Source: Trichoplax sp. H2 (lineage: Eukaryota). From it: 64,000 nucleotides of DNA. The notes beneath the pieces are model-generated. The model ran no database searches. It was not told the DNA's origin and saw only the letters and a program-made list of their open reading frames with translations. Positions 27,601-42,459 of the stretch are shown one piece after another. The stretch's first letter is position 1; the number at the start of each line of letters is the position of its first letter. The position numbers and the translations under genes are program-made. The stretch covers positions 62,001 to 126,000 of the forward strand of contig NOWV01000170.1 of NCBI GenBank assembly GCA_003344405.1. The letters are read 5' to 3'.

Positions 27601-29093
27601 ATCATAGCTATCATGATATAAGCTTCAATTACAGCATTTTTCATAACATGTTAGACCTAAGACACCTGGAGCTTGGAACTTTGGTGGTTTTGCGGTTCCT
27701 CAGGTACGACACTTTTTTGTTTTATCACCGCAATTCTTTCAAGCATTGCATGCTATACGCGTATAGAATATTTAATAACAGTTGGATGTTGCTCCTACTT
27801 CAAACTAGTTGTAATTGTATTCCTTATTATAGGCTATTGGCGTTATGGCTTTCGGTTAGAATAAATCAGATTATGAATACTAATGATATCAGCAGTTGTT
27901 CTTTTACATAACTTAAGAACTAATCTAATTTTCGTTGCTACTACTTTAGCCTTTGCATGCCATCACAATACGTTTCTAATCTACGATTCACTCAAGACTA
28001 GAACAATTGGTACTTTCAAGGTTGTAACACACATTTCCGTAGTAGCTTCGCTTGCATTTACAATGATCTTAGGTGTTGCAGGATACTGTACATTTACAGG
28101 ATTTACGCAAGGTAATGTTGTGATAGAAGCGATGATTACACTAAAGATACTCTTAACTTAAAGAAGACAGGAATGCTTTACGACGATGATAAGCTTACTC
28201 AGAATTTCGTAACTATTTTCTTTCAGCCGACCTATTAAACAATTACTGTGATAATGATGATGTTATCAATGCTGCTAGAGTTTGTTACGGATTAACCATG
28301 ATATTTACCTATCCGATTGAATGTTTCGTTTGTCGAGAGGTTAGAAGTTATTGCCGTTTCTTTCATCTTTATCCATAAAGATGTACCCATGACTGATATT
28401 TGAAATTTTTACATAAGTTTTACATTCCAATCTCCTTACGATGTGACTAATGTTTACTTTGTTCAAAATCCCTACTTATCCGTAGGTTATAGAAAATGCT
28501 TTTTTCCATGAAAGACCTTTTAGTATGGTTCGCCATCTAGGAGTTACACTTATCATTGTTCTCATAACTATGGCAGTTGCACTTGCTACGAATTGTCTGG
28601 GAATTGTTATTGAATTGAGTGTAAGCATAATTGTCCGTAATATTACTCTATTATCATTATTTCTTATACCGTACTGTAGTTTTCATGTATTATTTACGTA
28701 TATTCTATCCTCTTGGCTAATGCTTGATTTTTATCAAATTTTTAAGGGCACAATGGGTGCTTCTCCAATAGGTAGGAACCTGCTCAATATTGTTATTTAT
28801 AATTCAATAGAATACTAATTTAAAGTATCTTCCTTTATGTTGATTTGGCTATTACAGTCTTCATTTTTCCTGCGGCCTGCTATATAAAGTTCCATCCAGA
28901 GGAACCTTTAAAGTCCTACAACAAAATTATGTCGATCACCTTAATCATCGTAGGAATTGTAGTGGGATCGGTAGGAACTGTTATGGCTATCATTTCTGCT
29001 TCTGGTTGCATTAATGCAAAGTTATACTACCCATGGTGTTCCTACAATAATGTCACCAACATAACTTATGCCACTCCTCCTCCAATATTCTAA
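24608..29093 (+). CDS. SLC38A11: Sodium-coupled neutral amino acid transporter, SLC38A11-like; about 13-14 exons
   Basis: Spliced peptides: SSFNFINSIIGAGII|GIPYSIRESGFVFG, AIGVMAF|AFACHHNTFLIY, GYCTFTGFTQ|ADLLNNYC, FTYPIECFVCRE, FIFPAACYIK. The start exon MDLGQN...TNAE|gtaagg is inferred. Confidence 0.9.
25290..25740. repeat. Degenerate ~169-bp tandem repeat inside an SLC38A11 intron
   Basis: aatcataacctat.caat...ctagtacagtat.aatc.agaga occurs at ~25426 and ~25595, with partial flanking copies. Confidence 0.65.
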
Positions 29094-29698
29094 AAATTGC
29101 ATATAGCTACACGCATAGATGATGTATTCTGTTCAGCTAAAGTTTTGAAATTTCAGCCCGTTTTGTTAATTGGGAATGTTAATGAAATTTTGTAGGTAAA
29201 CCAAATTAACGTGTATTATATCAATCAATTCTCTAACATTTTGATACAGTTTCAGTAGTACGTAATAATTAAGTAGAATGTATATATTTATGGTGTATTT
29301 GCACGAATATATTTCAATATATAACGTTTGATACATGTTGTATCATGAACTGCGTAAAATTGATATAGTCTTTAGTCGCATATATCTGTCTCATTCTTGA
29401 AGGCAAATGGTCCCCGGTGTCCTACCCGTACTTATTTACAATTGTGTAAATAGAATCATACATATAAGCGCACCGTCAAGAAAATTTTTCTTTGCTTTTG
29501 AATTAAATATCATGAACAGAAATGGATTTATTGAAACTATTCCGACACAAAATCATCAATTTAACGGATCTGCTATAACCATAGCCATGAATATTAGAGT
29601 ATTTTTTTTTATTCCATAATTTTATAAAGTCTCTTAACCTATGAAAATTATTTTCAAATTTAAAACTAATAATAAAATTTAGTGGGTCAGCAAAGTCG

Positions 29699-32600
29699 TT
29701 AACTATACCAAACAAGCGATCGTTTTACACTTTTTTTCCATGTATCATATGATTTATCGTACTTGTTACATTTATCTACACTAGGACAATAAAGAATTGT
29801 ATTTGCTTTCAATTTCTTAATATCATCAAGATCTTTCCAAATTCCTAAAACAATACATTAATGAAGATGTAAAATGGACAGTTAATGTCAAAACAGTCAT
29901 TCGCATATGATTCGCAAACGAGAGTCAAGGATTGAAATCATACCAATTCCTAGTCCCGTTAAATAAATTGCTCCTAGAATAGATGCATTTGTTGCAGTTG
30001 AATGATGAAGCTCTTGCTTTAAAACATCGCTGATTAATTGTGCTACTAGAGAACTCTTTGTAACTCCTCCATCTAATCTATAGGCATCCAAAAATAAAGC
30101 AGTATATAAAACGTTAATAATGCTTTTTTAAGCTAGATATATCAAGTTGATATCACGAGACGCTGCAAAGTATTCCCTTTTAGGACTACAGTATAGAGAA
30201 ACAACTTATAGAAAAAATTCACTGATAGCGAGTCAATTAAAAAACTGCAGTACTAATTCTTCCTTACTTAATGCTATTGATCGAAATATTTGATTCTACC
30301 AAGAAGGTTTCGTAAATTTGTCGCACTCTAGAAGAAAATCAAATCTTTTAATTCTCTACAATCATTAAACGGGAAAGTAGCAGTGTAAGGGACTTTTTAT
30401 AAGTATAACATGCTTTAGTTACCGATAAGCAAAAGACTCCAAGATAGCACGAGCAACGTGAGCTTTCGTTGTTTCAAATCCAAAGCCAATTAGTAGGGGG
30501 CTAGCCTTCCAATCCTTATAAGGTGCCTGAGATGGTGTTTTAACGAGAACTATAAATTAAAAGCCTTGTAATATTACTGTATGAGCGTCTTTGCTTTTCA
30601 GATCGTCAATACTTTAAACTTTATTCTACCTATCATATGCTTAATAAGGGAGATCTATCTGTTAAATTTTAATTTAAGAGTAATACAATACACTTTGAAA
30701 CCTGTAATCCATTAAATGCAGGAACAAAGTAAACGCCATTCGTATCTAAACAGAATTTAGAGTTGAGAATTTTGTCACGATAATGTAATGTAACAGTCAA
30801 TTTAAAGTATTTAAAATTCGAACTATTCATTAGATGATAGGATAAAGGCAAAATACTTCAAGCTATCTTCAATAAATAGTATAGGAATGTAAAGCTGTGC
30901 ATGCTAAGTAGACGACAGAACCAACCTCAATTTATATCGTAACTAATTATCAATTATTGCAATGAGTGAATATATACCCTTACCGTCCACAGTTGAAACT
31001 AGATCAACTATTTCTTGAGGACTGCCAATTTCAGCAAAGCTACATAACCAATCAATCACAGAGCCGGTACTTGAAGCATTACCTTCTGCTACATATACAA
31101 TACTTTGATCCTTCAATTTCCAACCAATTAGTGGGTACAAACCTATCCAAGTTCAAACAATGCTAGATTACTTTTAAATCGTTCAACAACAAATTCTAGC
31201 TTAAAATTAATTGTTATTATTATTTACTGGTGCTTCATAATAATAATCATAATTATGTAATGCATACCAGCTAAAGATGCATAAGGCTTCGAACCACAAT
31301 TAATAGTTAAGAAAGTACCAGTTCCTAACGTGCATTTCATATCTCCTTTATCAAAACATAAACCTCCAAAGAGAGAAGCTTGCTGATCTGCAATCTTTTT
31401 AAATATGTTTGTAAGATAAATTTAATATTATTGGTCATAAAATGATGGCTATAGTAATAATGGTCGATCTGATCCACAGAATGCTTACTATGGCCGTTAT
31501 GGGGATTGCCTTTCCAAATACTTCATTATCAGTTACAGCAAGAGGTCCACTTTATCATCAAGTAAAATTAATATAATAGAATGGGTATTAATAATAACAA
31601 TGTAAGGCAAATTGCAATAGCAATAAGATATTACCATAAACTTAAAATTATACCTTGAATCGACAACTTTAGGGAAAATAGAGAGAGGTATACCGACTAG
31701 CGTTGTAACGAAAGTACTCCACCCTGTCTGTTAAGTTCAGATGTCACAGTTAACTTCAGTATTTCGAAAGAAGTGCACTTTAGTTTCGGTAATGATATAA
31801 ATCTATAGTAGGTATTACCATGTAAGGATTAAATAAGCCGGTAGCGCTAGCGCAAGAGTAATCGGTAATATGTTTTTTACCTATGAGAAGCGTAATGATG
31901 ACGTGGAATATCATAAATTAGATATCGAATATTGTCAATGTTCACAATAAAGATATGACACAAAATTAATCGTAAGCGTACGGAGTTTTACTGATTTTCG
32001 TTTGCGGATAGATTTATCAAGATTGCATTTCATTGTCATATGAGAAATTCATATTAAATTCGCTTTCCAAAAGCAATTTATTTACCTCCGGTCATTTTCC
32101 AAATAAGCCACGTCTCTATACAGCCGTACAAGAGAGTACCTGTCCTGATTAGATTTCTTGCCTCGGCTACATTATTTAGCAGCCATAATAAACGTATAGT
32201 AACCTAAAACAAAATAATAAGATTGAAATAAGCAACAAGCATTATCTAAATTAATTGATCTTGCTCATAAAAGATTTATCGACACTCGCCTGTTGCGTAG
32301 TAAATGTTAAAACACTCGCTGCCTTGAAGAAATTATGTCTAGTGACAAAATGGCCTAATTTTCCGCCAATTCTAGCTACCTATAACATGAATTGAGAGAA
32401 TTGAACATTGCATTCCTATGAAGATACAACTTGTAGACGTAAATAGGTTGAATAAAATTTATTATTTTTTCAAATTCTAATAAATCATTTCTGTTTTTAC
32501 CCTAAATCTAAGAGATGCGTTCCAGCTATGCACATCTTCTGATACACGGGTATCTTGCCAGGTTATGAAATTATAGAGAGTTTTACCGGTATCTCTGTTA

Positions 32601-35354
32601 TTATTAAAAGAAATAATAACATTAATACATGGCATTTTTTCTAGAAGCTTGACAGCATTGTCGTAGCAAATGGTATCACCTATAAGCGGTTAACCAAGCT
32701 TGGACAGTATATACTGCATATTGATATTGTTATATTACATAAGATATGACGTGTAATCTTCGAAAATGTATTAATTTTTATCAAAATATCATAGTGCAAT
32801 GGTATCAGCATTGTGTGATAAATTTTATCGACTATGCTCAGTTTTTCACGACTGTAGGGTTCAATTGCAAGTGAATATAAAGTAATAGATGTACTATTTT
32901 ATAGATGAACATAACATAAAAAACTCATTTTTATACTTTTTAATAGTATAATAAATACAGTAGTATCTTTCAACATACTTGTTCCATATAGTAATGGAAT
33001 TTCTTTGAGTACTCATTCCAATAGCTGCTATATCTTCAATGCTGATTTTGGCATCTGATTGAAACAAAACCAATTAAAATATTTGAGCATCATTTATGAC
33101 TGGATATTGTGCGCTATTAAGGCCTACCTAATCAAGATGAGATCACAATTTCTAGGTTATTAACAGGTTAACAAAATAATCATATTTATGCAATTTACGT
33201 AAATAGAAACACATGCCCCTATTTAGTTGATAAGATCTCGGCTCCCATTAGATCTATCTACACAACTAAAATTGCAAGGTACTTTGTTGCTTTCCTAAGC
33301 CAGTAGTGCAAGACTGATAATACAGTTCATCAAGGTGATCATTATTGAAATTTTGCAAATAAAGACTGCAATACTGATCTGCTGTTCGAAATGATGATAC
33401 AACATTAGTCTACATTATTTCAGCAATATCTGAAGCAAAAAACTAAGCAAATATAGATAGGCATTGTATAAGGGCAATAGTAAATATTCCCAAGTTGCTA
33501 CTCCTACGTATAAAATGCATCAATTGCTTTCATAGCTGAATTTTTGCTAGGAGCAGCTAACATATGTATTAGTATCCAATGCGTAGGTGCAAAGACAATC
33601 GTGGCCAATCTGTTTAGCAGTTCTAGTTGTTGCAATTGTTTATGCTATTGAATATCTGCTGTAGTGCTTTACCATTTCATTATTGCATCTACATGTATAA
33701 TTGCGTGTAATGCATTGATCACAGCTGATGCTGCATAACTTGCCAAGTGCAATATAATACAATAAAATTTCCATTTAATAATATCGTAATATCAACAGAG
33801 GCTGAAAATCATTAGCACAAAATTCGTAGGGTATTTTACGATCAAATCATGCAACAATAGCCTTCTACAGTCATAGGATGCTAATGCAGTACAGATGATC
33901 CTAGGCATGACATCAACATAAAGAAGCACATTATTTTAAGCAAACTTTTTAAGAATAATCGATTGAAGATGAGACAAATATAATAACATGGCGTATATTA
34001 ACAAGTTATACTATAGCTATTAAAGTAGGTTAAGCAAACTAAGTGATATACCTTTAACACTTGCTTGAACACTTCGAATAAATTGTTGCCAAAGTACTTC
34101 TGGATTGATTTCCATCCAACCTCGATTGGGATGGATGGTTTCGATCTGTTAAGGCGATATATAATTTATCAATACTGTATTTCCGTCACTTAATTTAATT
34201 TATCTATTGTGAAGATGATGTAATTTATCAATCATGTATGGTCGTCATTTAATTGAATTAAGTTAATGGAGCATTCTATCGGTGATTAAAGATAGTTTAT
34301 ACACAGTATTTGTTCATCTTGAGTGGGATATTTTATGTACTATTAAATTCTGCTTCTTCTGTAACTCAGAAATTCCTTTTCTTTCACGTTGCATCAAGAT
34401 TAATAAAACACTGAAGTTAACATCTAGTAGAACCGAGCTAGACAAAAACGTAAGGCTTTGCGTAATCACTTACTAATGACTCGTATATCTAATTCTAATT
34501 AGAAATTAGATTTAGATGGTAAATATCAGAGTAGCTAGCTAACGGCATGATCTCAGGTAGAATCGATCAAGACCAAGATACAGCAAATGACGACTGACTA
34601 AAGCTAATTCAGGGTCAGAAATTAGATTATCATCATGACGGAATGATCATTAGAACGGTTTGCTAGTGACAATATATCCGGCAAACCTACTAAACTGCAG
34701 CAAGATAGGAAGATCACGACTAACTCAATTCGGGGAAAGCTATTAGATTACTATGATGGGAACAGAGACATCAGAACTATACACTAATGAAATTAATATC
34801 GGATGGCATCCAGAAAGACTACCTTAAGGTAAAATGGCTTACTACTACAAGTTGGAAATCCGATTGCCATGATGAGAAAATGAAAAATCAGATAGCCATG
34901 ATGAAAGAATATTCATCATCAGAGAGACCTGCTAACGATACAGTCTCTAGTAGAATCGATCAAGAATAGCACAGAATAAAATTCCGACCGACGAAAGCTA
35001 CTTAAAGATCACAAATTAAACTGTCAATGACAGAATAATTAAAATCATCCATAGAGCGAGCTGTTTAGTACTCGGCTACTCGTAGACAATATCTGGAAGA
35101 ATCGTGCACGATTATCGTAGGATAAAATCTAAATAAAGTACATTTAGAGTCAGATGAGGGATTCTAAAGTGATGAATAAATTAAATCAGGGTGAATTGAT
35201 TAAAAATGGTCAAATTAACTCTAGGAAAAGCCATCAAAAAGCTACTTCCTACCTTAATGATCGATTTTCCAATAACACAAGCCTGTTGATCGACGATATG
35301 ACAACAAATTTTACTGGTTCCAACGTCCACCACAGCGATATATTGTGCTTGCAT
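29699..35354 (-). CDS. GK5: Glycerol kinase 5 (FGGY family); about 15 exons
   Basis: Exons encode [100 protein letters not shown] and [13 protein letters not shown]. These match the GK5 subfamily pattern. Confidence 0.9.
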
Positions 35355-36622
35355 GATTTCGTCAATAACTCGTGGTCGTGATCAACGAACCAGTTGAAAT
35401 TTTGCCTAGATTAACTACCTATTTAATATTAAAACAGGCTTGTGTTGTCCTATCGATTTTAGTCGATTGTAATGGATCCAGAAAGGCAAAAAACAGTTCT
35501 CTAAATTAAAACACCACCGACACTCCGACAGTCGTCTTTTGCCTATCCTATGGCTCATTTATTCCATCATTTTCACCGTTGATTGCAAGATCGAACCACG
35601 CAAAATTCATCGATTATCCTACCACTATCTCTCTCTATCAAGACTAAATGATGCTGAGCAATGAATTAAGACAGCAACACAAGTAAAATACAATTTGCCT
35701 TGATAGACCCAATGAAGAAGATGGTTAAATAAATAAATAAACTAAAAATCTTGGCCATGTTTACAAATAAATCTAATTTATCTTATACTATAGCCTTGTC
35801 ACTATGGGCCATTTGCGTACCTTGACTATGGTAAGTATGTTAAATTCCTTTTCAAGAGTTGTTGCTAATGAGGGAGGTATGGAATGAAAGGGGGCGTTGA
35901 CTACCATAGAGTTTATAGGGTATAGTCGCGTTTTGGCTATCGAGTCCATACTGTATCCAGTATAATATTTCATCAATCTCGTGTACGATTGAAGAGTAGT
36001 CAGCAGTCATCAGTAGAAACTTTGCCTCTATTTTTTCAATCCCATTCAATTTTTTGAATGCTAACAGAGACAACTGTAGCATGCAAATCCAGCTGATCAT
36101 CTATCATCAGTTGAAAAATGAAACTTTCTTGCCTTACTAATGCACGAAAAACTAAAACTTGCACGGTTGTTACTCTCTCTCCCAATGCAACCAGCGCATG
36201 TCAACAATAACAAATGCTGTAGCAAGAAGAGCTGGCATGGAATGAAAATGGCACCATTGACAGGTTTCTACTTGGGCTAAGTAAACCACTGTGAGTGAAA
36301 TTAAAGCTGTATGTCTTACTGGTAAAATAGTAACTATATAAAACTGCCAGCTTTCAACGCAAGTCAATATTGCAAATCACCAGTATCCATGGCCTGGATG
36401 AAAAAAAAGACGACATCTCGAAGATTTTCCTCGGTGAATATTTGATCTTCAAGTGCAGACTTTAATTGATAGAACTGAATCATAATGAGACTAATTTCCA
36501 GTAGTACCGAATTTATTTCAAGACTGCGAGTATGATTTCCGTAATAAATCCATTCAATTTACTAATAGCTATTAGGTAATAGCTAAACAACAACATGCTC
36601 CATGACAGCAGCTCATTTTTGT

Positions 36623-37637
36623 GCTAGTTCCAGATCTGTAGTCATTGCAAAATACGATGAGAATTACGCGACTCTAACGTCCACTAATCCACAGCGAGGT
36701 ATTCAATGTGGAAAGCATCAATTTTAGAGGTTTTAAGATGCTCCTTGAGGAAATGTAAAGTTATTAAATGAACTAATGAGCTGCAAACTATGCTAGTTCC
36801 AGATCTGCGGTCCTTGCAAAATACGAAGAGAATTACGTGTTTCTAACGTCCACTAATCCACAGCGAAGTATTCAATGTGGAAAGAATAGATTTTAGAGGT
36901 CTTAAGATGCTCCTTGAGGGAATATAAAGTTATTAAATGAACTAATGAGCTGCAAACTGTGCTAGTTCCAGATCTGCGGTCCTTGCAAAATACGATGAAA
37001 ATTACGCGTCTCTAACGTCTACTAATCCACAGCGAAGTATTCAATGTGGAAAGAATAGATTTTAGAGGTCTTAAGATGCTCCTTGACGGAATGTAAAGTT
37101 ATTAAATGAACTAATGAGCTGCAAACTGTGCTAGTTCCAGATCTGCGGTCCTTGCAAAATACGATGAGAATTACGTGCCTCTAACGTCTACTAATCCACA
37201 GCGAAGTATTCAATGTGGAAAGAATAGATTTTAGAGGTCTTAAAGATGCTCCTTGACGGAATTTAAAGTTATTCAATGAACTAATGAGCTGCAAACTGTG
37301 CTAGTTCCAGATCTGCGGTCCTTGCAAAATACGAAGAGAATTACGCGTTTCTAACGTCCACTAATCCACAGCGAGGTATTCAATGTGGAAAGCATCAATT
37401 TTAGAGGTCTTAAGATGCTCCTTGACGGAATGTAAAGTTATTAAATGAACTAATGAGCTGCAAACTGTGCTAGTTCCAGATCTACGGTCCTTGCAAAATA
37501 CGATGAGAATTACGTACCTCTAACGTCTACTAATCCACAGCGAAGTATTCAATGTGGAAAGAATAGATTTTAGAGGTCTTAAGATGCTCCTTAAGGGAAT
37601 GTAAAGTTATTCAATGAACTAATGAGCTGCAAACTGT
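36623..37637. repeat. Homogeneous 169-bp satellite-like tandem array, 6 copies
   Basis: Unit starts gctagttccagatct at 36623, 36792, 36961, 37130, 37300 and 37469. Units differ only by scattered substitutions. Confidence 0.97.
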
Positions 37638-38066
37638 GCAAGCTCTGAGCTCAAGTTGCAGCCAAGCAAAATCAGCCAATGTTATTTTACCTTGTTCAAT
37701 GCTAAACAGGCCTGTAAACAAGGATATCGACATGGTACGTCGGAATCCTAACGATTTCTATCGAAAATGATCCCATGTTTGGGATACATGACTACGATTC
37801 AAGGCTATCTCTATAGAACATCGCAAACATGACATTTGTTGTGTTGTAGAGTGACCCAAACATGACTTCAAACCATACGATTGCTATATAGTATCACAAC
37901 TACGTCATTTCACCATACGATCGCTATACTATGTCGAAAACATGGCATATGCACTATTAAAATCATATAACACCCAGAGAGGATCGGATTGTGACGGACG
38001 GATGTCAGGCCCGCGACTTCTTATACAACTTACTCATGCTTCGTTACGCGTGCGTGACTGCCATCG

Positions 38067-38080
38067 GTTGCCCTAGCAAC
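38067..38080 (+). promoter_or_regulatory. RFX X-box upstream of EFCAB1
   Basis: GTTGCCCTAGCAAC fits the X-box consensus GTNRCC(N0-3)RGYAAC and lies 120 bp upstream of the ATG of a motile-cilia gene. Confidence 0.75.
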
Positions 38081-38199
38081 CAATAACAATTTCTCCTCGT
38101 CCATCGAAATCAACTTGCCATAGTTAATTGCTGTATGTTGATGAGAGACCATTAAAGGCAACATTTACAGTTGAGATTTTGAAACAAGAATTGATCAAA

Positions 38200-39620
38200 A
38201 TGACCTCGAACGTACCTAAGAGTTTCGCTAAAATGGCGGAAATAATGCATAAACCCACCCATTGTAAGTCTACTAGCTATGCCAGAGTATTCCTAATTAA
38301 ACACAATGTCAAGAATCATTTTGTGTTGACAGTAGATATCCACGATACGGTAGATCTAATATGGAGTCTAGAGTATTAAAGTTACGTTTGGCTTTTATAT
38401 TATCTGAATTTTTTTAATTTGATTCTTGAAACTATTTTGAATAGTTTGAATGGTGGCTACGGTTAACTTGTACGACTATAATTCATTTTTTAGCCTTTTC
38501 TACATGTCGTAATTTTCGTTTTATTTCCTATTTCAGTTAGCAAGCTAGAAGCTGAAAATCTTCTGAGAATGTTTTATAAATTGACTAGCGTTAAATTGGA
38601 TAGAACAAAGTTTCGTGACGTCTTACATAATTACTTTAATATGACTGACGATATACTCATGGATCGAGGTAAAAACGACATTTTTGCCTAGGACTGCGAT
38701 ATTCAAGGACTTATTCAATGATATTCATTACATGTGTATTCTTGTATTTAGTTTTTGCAAAGCGAATGATTGCCATCATTTAATTATATTCTATTTTTGC
38801 GACAATCTCAGTATTTAGAGCCTTCGACAACGATAATGACAGCTATATTAATGTTGACGAATGGATGAGAGGTTTATCGGTATTTCTGAAAGGCACATTA
38901 GAAGAGAAGATTAAATGTAAATAAAATGTTACCAATCGGTTGTAATGATAATACTATTCCAATCTCTTCATTTTACTCTTCTAAATACGCTAATATTTTC
39001 ATCTCTATATACATTTCAGATTGCTTTAATGTATACGACTTAAACAGTGATGGACACATTACACGTGAAGAAATATTCCATATACTCAAAAATTCTCTTA
39101 CAAAGGTACATACATATAATTCACACTGGAAAGGCTTTATATCCGTGCTGACAAAATAATTAAGATTGCGCGCATGGCACAACTTAAAACAATATTATTA
39201 ATTTCCATTAAAATTGTAGCAACCGACAGAAGAAGATCCAGATGAAGGAGTAAAAGATTTAATCGATCAGACAATAAGAAGGATGGATTATGATCATGAT
39301 GGCCGTCTATCTTTATACGATTATAAAACTGCAGTAGAAGCGGAACCAGTATTACTGCTGCAAGCTTTCGGAACTTGCTTGCCAAGTGATGAGGTTAATA
39401 AATAGCGTTATACTTAGTTTGTGGAACAAGGTGTAGGAATAGCTAATGAAAAGAAATAAAATCTCATTCTTCTTAGGATGCAGTTTTATGTTAAATTAGT
39501 ATTACGTTTCATTATTAAAATCAAATACTCAAGCAAATTAATCTTGTCTTTATTAGGTTCGAGAAAAATTTGTAAAACGATTACAAACGATTGATGAAGC
39601 AGAAAGAAAGTTCCGATTGA
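38200..39620 (+). CDS. EFCAB1: Calaxin / EF-hand calcium-binding domain protein 1; 6 exons
   Basis: Spliced protein: [101 protein letters not shown]..|[35 protein letters not shown]|..RKFR*. Confidence 0.93.
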
Positions 39621-40031
39621 CATAATTATGCAAGGACTAAGCACGATCAATGATCATTGCAAAGATTGTAATCGTGGACTAAGATTAAATTAACCACTAC
39701 TAATAAGCACAGTTTCCTCGTTTACTAGTACTTTACTAATTCTTCTTTAAATTGCTAATATACATCATGATACTACTAACAAGTTCCTTTATAAATTTAA
39801 CTGGGTAGAAGTAATACTGTGTATCTAATAAAACTACATACTGTTGCATAGTGTACATATACAGTATATATATATATATTCATATATACAATATCTCTAA
39901 ATAAAGTTATTATTTTATAACCAAAACTCACAGTTTCATGGTAAGATACCCTATATTGGGGCAATGTGAGTCTACTATCTTAATTAAGAAACGATTAATA
40001 AAAATATAACCATGCTAGATTCATTGAAGTT

Positions 40032-41563
40032 TTAATCACTCTCTACTCCACTTGATATTTCCATAGTATTTCCTTTCATCACATTTTCTCTCGCTTTTTC
40101 GCTTAGCCAACGGCGAACAATTACTTCTTTAACCGTAAACTTTTGAATACAGGATGGATGTTCTAATTCTGAATCTGATAAATCGGCTGGTCTTGTGACG
40201 TAACAAATTACAACATCTTTTGCAGAACGTTCATTTATTCGACTGATTGTAGACAACGCTATCCAATCCATACCTCTAGAGTTGTTGCATTTTGTCTTGT
40301 CAATACATTCAACGACAACGGAATAACTAAATCGCAGATATACATAAAACATGTTATTACAAATGCAGTTCTAGATATAACCTTGACCACCGTTTTCTAC
40401 AAGCTATACGTTTGTATTGTATTAATACCCATTGCGATAAATAATTCGATATTTACCTTGAATGATAAAACTCAGGGCCTTTATAATATAGCAAAAAATG
40501 AGTTCCATATTTAATACCACATTTGGGTACCCATCCTTTACTACGATAATAATGATAAGCAATGTAGTTTGGTATAAAATTCGGATTAGCCTGACAGCAT
40601 TTTCTCCATAGTTCGGTTATTTCTAGTGAACTATTACCGTCCACAATCTTTAGACAGTTAAAAGCATAAACTAAAAAGAAAGCCTCTTCTAATGTCAACT
40701 GTAGGTATTCATAGATGAGATAGGGATCTTTGCACTGCTTAGATCTTACCTATGAAACACAGATTAGGTATCAATTAATATTTCATATATGTTGATAACA
40801 AATCTAAAAATAAACTATTTATGCAAGACGCTATATTGAACCAATTATCGAAATAACACCAGCTTAATCAGCTTATTTAATATTCCACATTTATTGGCAT
40901 CAATCTAGCATAACTATTCAGGTAATACTTGCAAATTAAATCGGTTATTGAACAGTAAATAACACCAATTCAAGTTCTTATTGAAGTAACTAAGTTATTG
41001 TATCAATTAGATCACTTTACTTTGTCTGTTTCCTGTGGTATTTGATTTATTGTAGCACCTTCATTGTTACTACTGCCACTGCTATCCGAATGATCTTCAT
41101 TGGAGCTAGCAGAACTAGATGGAGCGGAGGCTGTAGCCGGTACGTTAGGCAATTCTTGACTGTTTCGGTGGCTAGCATACCATTCATATTCCTCTCTCCA
41201 CTGCTTATGTCTTTTATGCCTTTCTTTACGAATTGGTTTAAAACTGACCTGCAGCTTTCGTCGAATACCTTTACGAAGTCTTTTACGTTTTTTGGATAAC
41301 TGGAAGGATCCAGTTACAAACTGAAAGTTAGGCTTGCCGCGAGATAGAATTCCTTTACCGAAAAATCCCATTTCATACAGCATATTGATATCACCTTGGT
41401 TTCTCACCGAAATACTATCGCCATTCCATTTCGCTTCAAAGTAATACCAGCGGCTGATATCACAAGGCTTACCAGTGAAAGAAGCAATAGGGACAGGAAA
41501 AGGTGAGGTATCCTGGCTTTTACCAGCAATCTTAGCTTTAGCTACTGGACGTCGTAGTTCCAT
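40032..41563 (-). CDS. TSEN2: tRNA-splicing endonuclease subunit Sen2; 3 exons
   Basis: Motifs LYEMGFFGKGILSRGKP, EYLQLTLEEAFFL, YHYYRSKGWVPKCGIKYGTHFLLYYKGPEFYHS and VKEVIVRRW. The likely start is MELRRP at 41563. Confidence 0.92.
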
Positions 41564-42459
41564 GTCCAGCTCGGTCTTAGCAACAGCTAGCACATCATTC
41601 AAAGATCCAAGGTACACAATCCGTTTACGTATCTATCTCTATTTGCAATACTCAGTATTGTACCGTTTTCCCTTCTTATACAGTATTGTGTTATGCCGTA
41701 GATCACAAGAAGACTAAAACTTTATGACTTGGATTGGACTTTTTGGGTAAAGACAAGAATTTTGCAAACACGTCAGAAGTTGAGCTCTTGAATTACATTT
41801 ATAATGCACAGTCTAGGTCCTTCTCTTGACTTCTTTGCGTAGCAGGGATAGCTATTATACTATTGCCTTTTCAAGACTCTATTACTTAGTTGCTAGGAGA
41901 ACTAATTACCCAAATAAATAATGATAATTTACCTTCAAAATAGCAGAAACAAGCTGGACAATCTAAAAGTAGCCATAGCTAGAAGAAGACGAATCAGCTG
42001 GTTGCAGCATTTGCATGGCTTCAATACAATGTACCGTAGTAATCGGCGAGCGATGCTATACCAAACATTGCATTTGATCCTATACTAAGCAATAAGAAAG
42101 AAAGCTATCTATACTCTTCAAGGTCTTGATACAGTACAAAGTATGCTAATACCTCCATACTCGGATCGAATCTACTGTACTGTAGTCGTCGGTTATCGAC
42201 TATAGTAATGCTGAAAACACTATACTGGCCTTATACTGTGGCATATGCCCACTATCTACTTGTGTAAACCCTCTCTCCAAGACAACAGTGTGGTCGCAAG
42301 AATTGAGCTAAATGGACGAGATTTTTATTAATTAAGGGCTCAAACTCGATCGATATCACCTAGAAAGTGAATTTATACATTAATATTGCTATTAGAAGAT
42401 TATAACGTGCTATTTGCATCTTATAAGTTAGCTCTGGATACCTTTAAAACGGTTAAAAC

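Noticed and set aside
35788-36367. Short minus-strand ORFs upstream of GK5
   Set aside because: The GK5 homology starts at ATG 35354. This region more likely holds a non-coding 5' exon (donor near 35820) and the promoter.
36623-37637. CRISPR-like array
   Set aside because: The whole 169-bp unit repeats, with no unique spacers and no cas genes, in a eukaryotic context. The same applies to the arrays at 3.1-4.4 kb, 23 kb and 60 kb.
41564-41617. GTG start for TSEN2 given in the ORF track
   Set aside because: This is a eukaryotic gene, and the ATG at 41563 aligns with the family N-terminus.
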